A stretch of 64,000 nucleotides of DNA from Candidatus Heimdallarchaeota archaeon (lineage in GTDB: Archaea > Asgardarchaeota > Heimdallarchaeia > Heimdallarchaeales > Heimdallarchaeaceae): the NCBI GenBank assembly GCA_018238545.1, contig JABCTC010000019.1, forward strand, positions 1 to 64,000. Reading direction: 5' to 3'. Made by a program: the position numbers and the translations under genes. The notes under the pieces were generated by a model. That model was not told the origin of the DNA. It worked only from the letters and a program-made list of their open reading frames with translations, and did no database searches. Positions 1 to 9,540 of this stretch are shown piece by piece (the first letter of the stretch is position 1; the number at the start of each line of letters is the position of its first letter).

Positions 1-393
1 TTTAAGTTCAACTCTAGTAAATCTTGTATCGCAATCCATGCACTTCATTAATTTATAATTCCCATGTAGTTCAGATATTAGGGAAGAATTAATTCCAGAT
101 TTTTTGTGCAGATTATCCACATTTTGTGAAATTAGATATTTCATTAACTTCATATCTTGTAATTCTTTGATCGCATAATGAGCTTTGTTTGGTTTAACTT
201 CATCAAAGTGTTTCCCATGTTTTGGAGGAAGTCCTTTCTCTTTCCGTGTCCATATCCCGTCTTTCCCCCTAAAATCTGAAAGACCCGATTCTGTGCTTAT
301 TCCCGCCCCTGTAAAAACAACTAAATATTTTGAATCTTTTATCATTTCAACTATCTTATCAACTTCTCTTTCAATTTGGGAAATATTACTCAT
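1..393 (-). CDS. NAD-dependent protein deacylase, Sir2 family, class IV (SIRT6/7)-like; runs off the window start
   Basis: Not in ORF track. Manual translation from ATG at 393: MSNISQ...VVFTGAGISTESGLSDFRGKDGIWT...LISQNVDNLH...SELHGNYKLMKCMDC, showing the GAGIS, FRG, QNVD, ELHG and first CxxC motifs. Confidence 0.93.
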   Translation of the reverse strand, partial: MSNISQIEREVDKIVEMIKDSKYLVVFTGAGISTESGLSDFRGKDGIWTRKEKGLPPKHGKHFDEVKPNKAHYAIKELQDMKLMKYLISQNVDNLHKKSGINSSLISELHGNYKLMKCMDCDTRFTRVELK

Positions 394-487
394 GCAATTT
401 ATAGCTATGCTTGCATCTTAAAAATCGTTCTAAATACCGATATTGATTTAATAGTAGAATATTCAATTACATTAGTGTTGAAGTAGA

Positions 488-1846
488 ATGGATAACAAAC
501 ACATAGAGGAAACATATCAACTTCTTATAGAATTGATACAAAATAAATGTATTAATCCTCCAGGGGATGAAATGAAATCAATTAGAACAATTGAAAAATT
601 TCTTAAAAGCAAGAGAGTTAGCTGTAAAATATTTGAATCTGCAAAAAATCGAGCAAATTTAGTAGCTGTAATTCCTGGAACGAATAAAGAAGATTCGGGT
701 TTAATTTTTGGACCTAGTCATGTAGATGTTGTCCCAGTAACTAAACCTGATGACTGGAAGGAGAACCCATTTGGAGGTGTAATAAAGGACGGCTATATTT
801 GGGGGAGAGGTACATTAGATATGTTATTCATTGTTGCTTCACAGGTTCAAGCATTCGTTTTGCTCTCACAAGAAAAATTCAAACCAAAAGGAGATTTGGT
901 TCTGTTTATTGTAGCAGATGAAGAAACAGGGGGGGTGTGGGGAGCTGATTGGATGATTAAGAATCATTCCAATGAGTTAAGCATCAATAACCGTAAGATG
1001 TTTGCAGTAACTGAAGCTGGTGGTGTTCAGATTAGTAAAGATAAATTTGTAATTATTAATGGTGAAAAGGGTGCAACAAGTTTAAAACTGAAGTTTCAAG
1101 GAACTCCTGGTCATGGTAGCGCACCTTATTCAAGTGATAATGCTGTGCACAAGGTGTCCAAAGCAGCACTTTACCTTACAGATTATTGCGACAACAAAAT
1201 ACCTATTGATACAACCTTTATTAGAAATTTAGTTAAGGGTCTAGGGATGAATTTCATTCTAAGGTCGTTAATCACAAATAAAAAACTACTTCCAATTATT
1301 CTCAAAATCCTCAATAAAAAAGATCCTGAAATGCCAAAGGTTTTACACAGCTTAAGCAGAATGACCATATCACCAAACATTATACAAGGTGGAAAGAAAA
1401 TCAACATAATTGCTTCAGAAGCCAGCTTAGAAATAGATGTTAGGACACTTCCAGGTCAAGATTATGATTATGTTGTTTTTCATGTTAAGAAAGCGTTAAA
1501 AGAACTCGCAGATGAAGTAATTATCAAGAGGGTTGAAGCAGAAGAAGGCATAGCGTCAACAGGTACAGCTAGCCCAGTAGAATCCGATTTTGTTACAGCA
1601 ATGAAAAATGCTATTCGAAAAGATTTTCCAAATGCGAGCTTAGTTCCCTTAATTGCAAGTGGGGCAACTGATGGAAGATTTTTACGAGAAAAAAATGTAG
1701 ACACATATGGATTTGCTCTTTTCAATCCAGAAACACCAATGAATGAAATTGTTAGTTTAGCTCATGGAGTTGATGAGAGAATTAGCTTGAAAACGGTAGA
1801 GCTTTCGCTGAATGTGTATTACAATTTAGCTAAAGAATTTCTTTGA
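488..1846 (+). CDS. M20/M25/M40 family metallopeptidase/amidohydrolase
   Basis: SHVDVVP, WGRGTLDM, ADEETGG, GHGS, GATDGRF, AHGVDERI motifs. Confidence 0.92.
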   Translation: MDNKHIEETYQLLIELIQNKCINPPGDEMKSIRTIEKFLKSKRVSCKIFESAKNRANLVAVIPGTNKEDSGLIFGPSHVDVVPVTKPDDWKENPFGGVIKDGYIWGRGTLDMLFIVASQVQAFVLLSQEKFKPKGDLVLFIVADEETGGVWGADWMIKNHSNELSINNRKMFAVTEAGGVQISKDKFVIINGEKGATSLKLKFQGTPGHGSAPYSSDNAVHKVSKAALYLTDYCDNKIPIDTTFIRNLVKGLGMNFILRSLITNKKLLPIILKILNKKDPEMPKVLHSLSRMTISPNIIQGGKKINIIASEASLEIDVRTLPGQDYDYVVFHVKKALKELADEVIIKRVEAEEGIASTGTASPVESDFVTAMKNAIRKDFPNASLVPLIASGATDGRFLREKNVDTYGFALFNPETPMNEIVSLAHGVDERISLKTVELSLNVYYNLAKEFL

Positions 1847-1869
1847 TAAAAGAAAAGGAAAAAAAGAGA

Positions 1870-2568
1870 TTATATCTGACTCCCACAATTAGTGCAGAAT
1901 CTAACATCGCTCTCCATATCTGCCCCACAATTCTGACATACTTTGGTTCCCGTTGGAGTTATTGTTGCAGGTGCTTGAGTTGTATAAGAAGGAGGTTGAT
2001 AAGGAGTGTAAATCTGTCTAGAATCATGTGTTGAAGGTTGAGAATACGGTTGTTGAGTCTTACTCCTTCTGGATCGCCTAAACAGAAATATACCAATCAA
2101 ACCACCAATAATTACTACAGCAATAACTACATACCATATAGTATTCAAACCACCTGTATTTGAAGGGTCAAACGTAATTGTTACAGATATGGTATAACTG
2201 GCTGGATTTACTCCCCAATTCAATAAACAAAAATCATAAGTTCCCTTGTCCAAGATAAATGTCATTGTTCTTGTTAACACATCTTCTGCATTATAGTACC
2301 ATTCTGGATAAGGTCCTTCATCATTATTCCAGTCTTCTAAATCAGGGTCATCACAAACACCAAATTCAACGGGCTCACTTGAACTCAAAATAACAGTTAC
2401 ACTAGTATCATAACATGAAATATCTCTACGATAGAGAACAAAATACCCCCCGTTTAGAATGTCATTATCAGAGACAATAGTTTCTGTTTCAGGTTCTATT
2501 TGAGCCAGAGCAATATTTGAATAAACTAATAACATAAAAAATCCAATTAATAATAATTTTTTCCTCAA
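1870..2568 (-). CDS. Type-I membrane protein: signal peptide, beta-sandwich (GOLD-like) ectodomain, TM, Pro/Gln/Tyr-rich linker, C-terminal zinc ribbon
   Basis: Probable TTG start at 2568 after GGTGG SD; GTYDFCLLN; TM IWYVVIAVVIIGGLIGIFLF followed by RRSRR; CQNCG...FCTNCG. Confidence 0.75.
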   Translation of the reverse strand: MRKKLLLIGFFMLLVYSNIALAQIEPETETIVSDNDILNGGYFVLYRRDISCYDTSVTVILSSSEPVEFGVCDDPDLEDWNNDEGPYPEWYYNAEDVLTRTMTFILDKGTYDFCLLNWGVNPASYTISVTITFDPSNTGGLNTIWYVVIAVVIIGGLIGIFLFRRSRRSKTQQPYSQPSTHDSRQIYTPYQPPSYTTQAPATITPTGTKVCQNCGADMESDVRFCTNCGSQI

Positions 2569-2737
2569 TGTATCCACCCTATAACCATTTTTAATTTCAA
2601 CCAAATTAATGTTGAGATAAATGAAATTTCCAAGGAACAGTTAGAAAAAATTAGCCTTATCAATTTCTTAAACCTTTCTAAATATATTTTCTAGTATAGC
2701 GAAAGAATTATCTTTATCAAGTTATATCGAACCTTAG

Positions 2738-3325
2738 ATGCGTCCAACAACCCATTTCCATAGTGCTCTATTTCTACTGGGAATAATCTACCTTAATGTT
2801 CCAGATTTCTCATGGATACTAGGACTTATCTTTTTAGCTGGCAGCGTATTGATTGATCTGGATAGCTTTTTATCAGCATTTCTCAAAGAAAAAAATCATC
2901 GTTTTTACGTATTTCACTCTTTACTATTTTGGACAATCATATCAACAATATTCTTAATTCTCAGATATACTACTACAGAATTCTTTGATTATTTTCTTTA
3001 TTTCAGTCTTGGAGCAATCTGGCATCTTATATTTGATTTATTAGATTGGGGGCTCCCTCTCTTACCTTTACCGAAGTTTCGAAAAATCTATTTGGGTATT
3101 CTTAAGGAGGAAAATTTAGAAGTTAAACCCGAAAATTTCTTTCTGAAAAAATACTGGAATAGCAAAGTGATACTTTTTGTAGAATTATTGTTTTTCTCAC
3201 TTTCATTTCTAGGATGGTTTCTCATTCCAGTTCAGTTATTCATCGGAACTGCATGTATTGGATTAGCAACATATATGTTCTTCCTCTTTGAGATGAAATT
3301 ATTGATTAAAATGAGAGAGAAATGA
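2738..3325 (+). CDS. Membrane-bound metal-dependent hydrolase (YdjM-like)
   Basis: N-terminal TH, DLD, HR...HS and HLIFD motifs in a hydrophobic protein. Confidence 0.75.
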   Translation: MRPTTHFHSALFLLGIIYLNVPDFSWILGLIFLAGSVLIDLDSFLSAFLKEKNHRFYVFHSLLFWTIISTIFLILRYTTTEFFDYFLYFSLGAIWHLIFDLLDWGLPLLPLPKFRKIYLGILKEENLEVKPENFFLKKYWNSKVILFVELLFFSLSFLGWFLIPVQLFIGTACIGLATYMFFLFEMKLLIKMREK

Positions 3326-3326
3326 A

Positions 3327-4226
3327 TTATTTTTTGAATTTCTGTCTTGCTTTTTCTACTAATTCATCTGGTCTTTTACTGTATTGCTTATAATCTTGTC
3401 CTAGTGTTATGTTCAAAATGTTTTCTGCAATGATTTCATTTAATGAATGATTGATTTCATACCCTAAGAAATGGCGATAAGAACTGAGTGCTGCAGCAGC
3501 TGTTGTGCCATTACCCATAAAAGGATCAAGTATCAGATCTCCAGGTTCACTACCAAAGTCGATACATCGCTGAACTACTTGAATAGGAAGCTTAGTTGCA
3601 TTTTTCTTTTTACCTCTTTGGTACCCTCTATTTATTTCCCAAACATCTAGTGGATAATGTTCAATTTTATTGAAGAAGTATTTCTTCTCATCTTTAACAG
3701 CAAAAAGAATATGATAATGACTAGTAACGAATTTTCTCTTGGTAAAAACACCAAATTGGTATTTCCAAACTATGTCATTTATCAGTTTTAGATTACTTTC
3801 TCTAAGAGCATTAAGAATGTCCACTAAATTTGTCCAACCACTAAATATCCAAACACCTGCATCTTTTTTTAAAACTCTAGGAAGTTCCTTGATCCAGCTT
3901 TTGCAGAAGGAAGAATAATCACTTATTTCAACGTCTTGATATCCTTTTGCAACCAAATCACTATTACGATTGTAAAGAACTTCCATTTCCCCAAAATTAA
4001 GTCCAAAGGGAGGATCAGCTACGATCATATCAATACTTTCTGGTGATAGTTTTCTTAATTCTTGAACACAATCATCAAAAAAGACCTTATCAACCTCAAA
4101 AGAATATTCTCGGTCTAGAAACATTTTCTCAGCTTCTGCTTTTGACCAATCATATGTTGGTTTGAATTCAGCTGCTGCTTTGTGAGGAACATAACTATTC
4201 CTTCTTTTTAGATGATTAGAATTCAT
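3327..4226 (-). CDS. Site-specific DNA methyltransferase (N6-adenine/N4-cytosine, beta class)
   Basis: Motif IV DPPF precedes motif I DPFMGNGTT. Confidence 0.9.
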   Translation of the reverse strand: MNSNHLKRRNSYVPHKAAAEFKPTYDWSKAEAEKMFLDREYSFEVDKVFFDDCVQELRKLSPESIDMIVADPPFGLNFGEMEVLYNRNSDLVAKGYQDVEISDYSSFCKSWIKELPRVLKKDAGVWIFSGWTNLVDILNALRESNLKLINDIVWKYQFGVFTKRKFVTSHYHILFAVKDEKKYFFNKIEHYPLDVWEINRGYQRGKKKNATKLPIQVVQRCIDFGSEPGDLILDPFMGNGTTAAAALSSYRHFLGYEINHSLNEIIAENILNITLGQDYKQYSKRPDELVEKARQKFKK

Positions 4227-4292
4227 TTGTTATAATTCCTTAAAATGCCTAATTTAAAACTCTTTTTTAACAAATCATCTAGTTAAATTTGA

Positions 4293-5093
4293 TTACTCTA
4301 CAAGTTTTGAATACATTGTACTCCTTCTATCTAATAAAATGTTATTTCTTTCATTAAGCCATTTGTTGCGAGCTGTTTCTATATCTATTTCAACAATTCC
4401 TATTTCCTCTGTATCGGTTCCAGAACTAGCTAACAATTCCATTTTAGGAGAAGTGATTTGACTCTGACCTGTAAATGTCAACTCAATACCACCATTTTCT
4501 TCAGTACCTGTTCGATTAGAAGTAATTGTAAATATCCTATTTTCTATAGATCTTGCTAACATAGCTGTTTGGCTATAAGGTAAAACTAAATTTGCAGAGT
4601 GTGCTAAAATATCAATACCTTCTAGAGCTAATACTCTAGTCGCTTCCGGAAAAATCCAGTCAAAACAAACTAACATGCCAATTTTCATTCCCTTAACTTC
4701 AAAGGATTTCAAAGGCCCATTTCCAGGTTGAAAAAACAGTTTTTCTCTATCGAACAAGTGTATTTTTTGGTATTTTCCAATATATCCATCTGGACCAATA
4801 AGAACAGAAGAGTTGTAGAAGTTTTCTTCTTTTTTTTCGCAGATTCCACAAACTATTACTGAATTTCTAGATTGAGTTATTTCGGATAATTTTTCTACGA
4901 ACATTCCATCTGGAATTGTTTCACTTGCTTTCAATAGCTCATCCTTACTTGAAAAAACATATCCTGAATTTGCTAATTCTGGTAAAACCAATAAATCGAA
5001 ATCTGGTGCTTTTTCTATCATTGAAGACAATTTATCTAGATTTCTTTCAACCTGACCAAAAAGGGGTTTGAACTGAAGAAAACCAATTTTCAT
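4293..5093 (-). CDS. Carbon-nitrogen hydrolase (nitrilase superfamily)
   Basis: Catalytic E (LPEL), K (YQKIHL), C (VCFDW). Confidence 0.93.
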   Translation of the reverse strand: MKIGFLQFKPLFGQVERNLDKLSSMIEKAPDFDLLVLPELANSGYVFSSKDELLKASETIPDGMFVEKLSEITQSRNSVIVCGICEKKEENFYNSSVLIGPDGYIGKYQKIHLFDREKLFFQPGNGPLKSFEVKGMKIGMLVCFDWIFPEATRVLALEGIDILAHSANLVLPYSQTAMLARSIENRIFTITSNRTGTEENGGIELTFTGQSQITSPKMELLASSGTDTEEIGIVEIDIETARNKWLNERNNILLDRRSTMYSKLVE

Positions 5094-5137
5094 AACTTGA
5101 TTAAAAACTCAATATATTTAAAATATATGCAATCGTT

Positions 5138-5854
5138 TTAGGAATAATTTTTCATAACTGTTTCAACTATTGCTTTAATCTCATTTGGCGCATTGAGCAC
5201 AAAGTCTGGTTTTAGTTCTAGGAGATCACCAAGTTTACTTGAACCATATGTTGCAGCAACCGAGATTACTCCTGCTTCTTTTGCACTTTGAATATCAAAT
5301 TCAGTGTCACCTATCATCAAAGTTCTTTCTTCAGAAAAACCGTAGTGTATCATTATTCGTCTAATTGCATGACTTTTGGTATTTTCCACAGTACCTATAG
5401 GGTAGTCAAAATAATCTTGTATATCATAAAAATTCAACCAATATTCCATTCTATCCTGCGGTTTTCGAGATACAATTCCAGTATAGTGAGCATTGTGCAG
5501 AGATTCTATTATTTCTCTAATATCGGGATAGAGAGAACGAAGATGCGCATATTTTGGTGTGAGTTCTTCATACTTCTTTGAAGCTTCTATTATTACCTTT
5601 TTATCCTCGGTTTCTAAGAAGAATCTGAAATCATCCTTTTGGTCAGTATTTCCAACTCTCTCACTAAATATTTCTTCTGAAAAAGTCTTGTTAGATATGC
5701 TTTCAATAGTTTCCTTCATCTGAGCTGCATAAGCGTCCTTAGAATTAGCTAAAACACCATCAAAATCAAATATAATTAACAAGCTTGAATTGATATTCTT
5801 AGAATTCACCTTCTGTAACCTCGTAAATATTGAGAGTATTCTTAAAGAATACAT
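5138..5854 (-). CDS. HAD-family hydrolase (phosphoglycolate phosphatase-like); start probably further downstream
   Basis: FDFDGVL motif I; IGDTEFD motif IV. Confidence 0.9.
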   Translation of the reverse strand: MYSLRILSIFTRLQKVNSKNINSSLLIIFDFDGVLANSKDAYAAQMKETIESISNKTFSEEIFSERVGNTDQKDDFRFFLETEDKKVIIEASKKYEELTPKYAHLRSLYPDIREIIESLHNAHYTGIVSRKPQDRMEYWLNFYDIQDYFDYPIGTVENTKSHAIRRIMIHYGFSEERTLMIGDTEFDIQSAKEAGVISVAATYGSSKLGDLLELKPDFVLNAPNEIKAIVETVMKNYS

Positions 5855-5872
5855 ATGAGCAAATAAGTTTTC

Positions 5873-6616
5873 TTATTGCTCTTTCTTCAGAGGTGCACTA
5901 CAAGTAGAGCAGAAAACAGTATTCTCTTCATTTACTGCTTGGCAGTTCCAACACTTGATCTCTTTGGTTTTTCGTAAACCTAATTGACCAGTTCTTTCCC
6001 TGAAATCAAAATCCTCAAAACCCATTGCACGTTCTTCCCTCTTTTTAGCAAGTTTGTCACTTACTTTACTTAAATCATCGTAAAAATGATCAATTTCACC
6101 TGCTCTTTCTTGGAATTTTCTATTTTCTTCAGCTCGAGCTTCGAAGTCAAAAATATATTTGAAATATTGTCTTACATTCATGTTTTTCTCTCGAAGATAA
6201 CGTTTGATGAGAAACAAAACTGCAAATAATTCGATTACTCCTAGCGCAATTAATAGTGCCACTTTGACATAAACAGTAGCTGTTCCTGGAGAAAATGCTA
6301 CGTAGAAACTAATGGGTAAAAAGCCAGCTGCTATAATCATTAATGGAATACCTAATATTAGATACAATGCTTCATTGATAGCACTTGCAACAACGTAACC
6401 TCTACCAGAAAAGAATTCAAGCATGTAATAGGAAATAACTATGACTGCAACAATTGCAAAAGTTATGCCTCCAGCTAACTTAAGAAACTTATTATCGACA
6501 ATAAATCCGTAAATTATCCCTGATAGAATAATTAGACCTACAATGATTTGTTGTATCATATTTTCTCTTCGGAAAACCTTTCGTTTTCCTTCTGGTAGTC
6601 CATGCATAATAGTCAA
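5873..6616 (-). CDS. 4-TM membrane protein with C-terminal zinc finger
   Basis: Four hydrophobic segments; CWNCQAVNEENTVFCSTC. Confidence 0.75.
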   Translation of the reverse strand: MTIMHGLPEGKRKVFRRENMIQQIIVGLIILSGIIYGFIVDNKFLKLAGGITFAIVAVIVISYYMLEFFSGRGYVVASAINEALYLILGIPLMIIAAGFLPISFYVAFSPGTATVYVKVALLIALGVIELFAVLFLIKRYLREKNMNVRQYFKYIFDFEARAEENRKFQERAGEIDHFYDDLSKVSDKLAKKREERAMGFEDFDFRERTGQLGLRKTKEIKCWNCQAVNEENTVFCSTCSAPLKKEQ

Positions 6617-6708
6617 AAAAATGATTTAATAACCACTTATGTATGTTGTTATTTGAGCAAATGGAAAAATCATAAATCAATAAAAAATGAAAAAATTGAG
6701 AAGGAAAG

Positions 6709-9348
6709 TTATTCTTCTCGTTTTCGTCTTCGTCTAATGACAACAATTGCTTGAATTAGTAGAAGAGACCCACCAATACTCAATAGAGTTATTGCATCAA
6801 ATCCTGCACCTGAAATCGTCTCTATTGCTATTGTATAGTTATGTACTGTTCTGTGAATTGTTCCATTAACATCTACAGCTAATATGAAATAATTTATCAC
6901 AACACCTACATCGAAAAAGGTATTGAATTCATAGAAATAGATATTAGTTGTCGAATTGTAAGACATAAAAGCTGTGAAGCTCTCACTTGAATTATCTGCT
7001 GGATCGAATACTGTCCAAGTTAAATTGACATGTCTTTTACCATCAATGACTTCGAAATCAGTTCTATTGACAATTCGTACTTGAATAAAATATTCGAATT
7101 CATCAAAGAAGGTTTGTGTTGCAACATCTGTTTCAACATCTTCATCAGTTAGGATTGTGGTATAGACTTCTGGTTCATAGATAATAATGGGTGTCTCTAG
7201 AGAGGTGAGCACTGTATAAGTACTATTTTCAGAGAGCAATTCAATAGTATCAACACCATCAATATACTCAATTCTAATTCTGAATGTTACGAGATAATTA
7301 TACAATTGTGAGGGAATAAGTCCTTGATAGAGATTGATAGTACCAATTGAACCAATAGGTTCTTCTGACAGAGTAATATCGATAGAATACCAATTAGATT
7401 CATCATTAAGTAAGTAATCTAGATAAACTGTAACATCAACTCCAGAAGGCACGAAGATCTGAGTATGTACAGTAACTTCCATTGTGTCATCAGGAGTATC
7501 TATATCTCTTGTTACAAACTCTATTGTTGGTTTAACAACATAGGTTCTATCCAACGGAGCATGATCAATAATATCAACTGCTAACAAATCTATTGTTACT
7601 GTATCTATCAATACTTCATCAGCTACGTTTCCTTCATAATAATTGCCAACAACGGTTACATTTGTTAAATCGTAATCAAATCTTCCAATACAATTTTCAA
7701 TTGTTCCATAATTTCCAACGGTAAAGAAGTTATTATAATAAACCTTGAACCCGTCGCTTGATTTTAGGTAAATTGCATCTAAAACAATTTGGTCAAATGT
7801 ATTTCCAAAGATTATTGCATTATCACAAGTAAGGATTTGTAACCCGTAATTAAGAGAACTGTAATCACCGTTTTTGATTAGAAGGGAGATTGTATTTCTT
7901 GCTACAATACCAATATCGGAAGTATTTACTTGGTTACCAAGTAACTGAACATTTTCAGAGAACCATACACTAATTCCATAAGTAGAATCAAAAACACCAT
8001 TACTTGAAAGGATAACATCGTTCATAGACCAAAGTGATATGCCATAAACAGCGTTGATTGCCCCATTTGCGGTTAGAACAGCGTCTTTTGTTTGTTCGAG
8101 GTAGAAACCAGTAATTGTATCTTCAACGGTATTTGCTAGTATATCAATTTCTCTTGAAGAGATAATACTTATTCCTATTTGAACTGAATTCAAAATATTA
8201 TTATTAATAAGACCAGTTCTACAAGTTTCCAGGTTTATACCAGAAGTTATATTCATAAAGAAATTATCTGAAATGGCTGAATTGCGTGTGGAAGTAAGTT
8301 CTACCCCAGTTTTCGCAATATCAGTCAGATTGTTATTGTTTATGATTGAGTAATCAGCAAAAGATAATTGTATACCATCTACGAGATTGAAAAAGATATT
8401 TTCATTTATAGTTAATGTAGATCTATATCCAGAAATAGCAGCATTGCTATCGTTAAATTGATTATTTTCAACGATCAAGTTATCTGAGTTATCTAGCTCC
8501 ATACATGTGTCAGAAACAATAGTAAAAATATTTTCTGTAATTATACTTTTATGTGCTAAATAGAGCAACATAGCTGTTTCTAAATCATCAAAGGTATTAT
8601 TGTAAATTACTGCATCTACTCCTTCAACCTTTAATCCTGATATTGAATTTGTGAAAGTATTATGGGAAATAATCACATTTGCTCCGTTATCGACATATAA
8701 AGCAAAATCAGTATGCAATAAGAAATTATTGTACTCTACTGTTGCGTTAATAGCATTAAATATTTCAAATCCTTTTTCCTCTATTGTATTTCCGATTAGA
8801 TTGACTATATCTGAACCATATGAGGTGAAAACTGCACTTCCTGAAAGGAAGTTGGTCCCAACAATAGAAACATATGGGGAATCAATAATATCGAATTGTT
8901 TGTAAGAAGTAAAATCACTATTTTCTATCTGTAAATCTGATTCTTCACTAGAAAACATTAGATAATTAATCACGCTATCGGTGATTTGTATTGAAGATCC
9001 TGCGAGTGCTGTTATCGTGAAATTATAAAGTGTGTTTGAAACTGTAAGAGTGCTGTTTTCAATAATGAGAGAACCAGCTACACTTACATCTAAAATAGAT
9101 GTTTCATTAACAGCGAAGGTGACAGTCGAATCAATAATTGATAATTCACCTGTTTCTAAAATACTAATTGAACCGTTGATTATAATGTCCTCATTGTCAA
9201 TGATTTGTTGATCATTAATTTCCCACAGACCAGTAGCTGGTGGGGCAAATTTTAAGTTATTATCTGCACTTAGAAGAGTGCTGACATTAAGCAAACCAAT
9301 AACAAATACAGCTAAGAATAGATTTTGCCATTTTTTTGAAATTTTCAT
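6709..9348 (-). CDS. Cell-surface right-handed beta-helix (NosD/PbH1 repeat) protein with C-terminal TM anchor
   Basis: Signal peptide; many GI.l....n..I..N repeats; GNYY; tail AGF + TM + RRRRKR. Confidence 0.85.
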   Translation of the reverse strand: MKISKKWQNLFLAVFVIGLLNVSTLLSADNNLKFAPPATGLWEINDQQIIDNEDIIINGSISILETGELSIIDSTVTFAVNETSILDVSVAGSLIIENSTLTVSNTLYNFTITALAGSSIQITDSVINYLMFSSEESDLQIENSDFTSYKQFDIIDSPYVSIVGTNFLSGSAVFTSYGSDIVNLIGNTIEEKGFEIFNAINATVEYNNFLLHTDFALYVDNGANVIISHNTFTNSISGLKVEGVDAVIYNNTFDDLETAMLLYLAHKSIITENIFTIVSDTCMELDNSDNLIVENNQFNDSNAAISGYRSTLTINENIFFNLVDGIQLSFADYSIINNNNLTDIAKTGVELTSTRNSAISDNFFMNITSGINLETCRTGLINNNILNSVQIGISIISSREIDILANTVEDTITGFYLEQTKDAVLTANGAINAVYGISLWSMNDVILSSNGVFDSTYGISVWFSENVQLLGNQVNTSDIGIVARNTISLLIKNGDYSSLNYGLQILTCDNAIIFGNTFDQIVLDAIYLKSSDGFKVYYNNFFTVGNYGTIENCIGRFDYDLTNVTVVGNYYEGNVADEVLIDTVTIDLLAVDIIDHAPLDRTYVVKPTIEFVTRDIDTPDDTMEVTVHTQIFVPSGVDVTVYLDYLLNDESNWYSIDITLSEEPIGSIGTINLYQGLIPSQLYNYLVTFRIRIEYIDGVDTIELLSENSTYTVLTSLETPIIIYEPEVYTTILTDEDVETDVATQTFFDEFEYFIQVRIVNRTDFEVIDGKRHVNLTWTVFDPADNSSESFTAFMSYNSTTNIYFYEFNTFFDVGVVINYFILAVDVNGTIHRTVHNYTIAIETISGAGFDAITLLSIGGSLLLIQAIVVIRRRRKREE

Positions 9349-9540
9349 AAATTCATTACCTCAAGTAGCTGCCTTATTTAATCATCGATGAAGGAAGAAT
9401 GTTTTTAAAGTTTCTGTAAGCACTGTTAATTTAGTCAAAAACTATAGATTTCACAAGTATGGATTTTATTTAACAAATATAGAATTTAAGCAAGATAAAA
9501 TATATTTTTAAACGAATACAATGACTGGTCAAAGACACCC

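Noticed and set aside
185-421. 78-aa plus-strand ORF
   Set aside because: Antisense shadow of the sirtuin gene.
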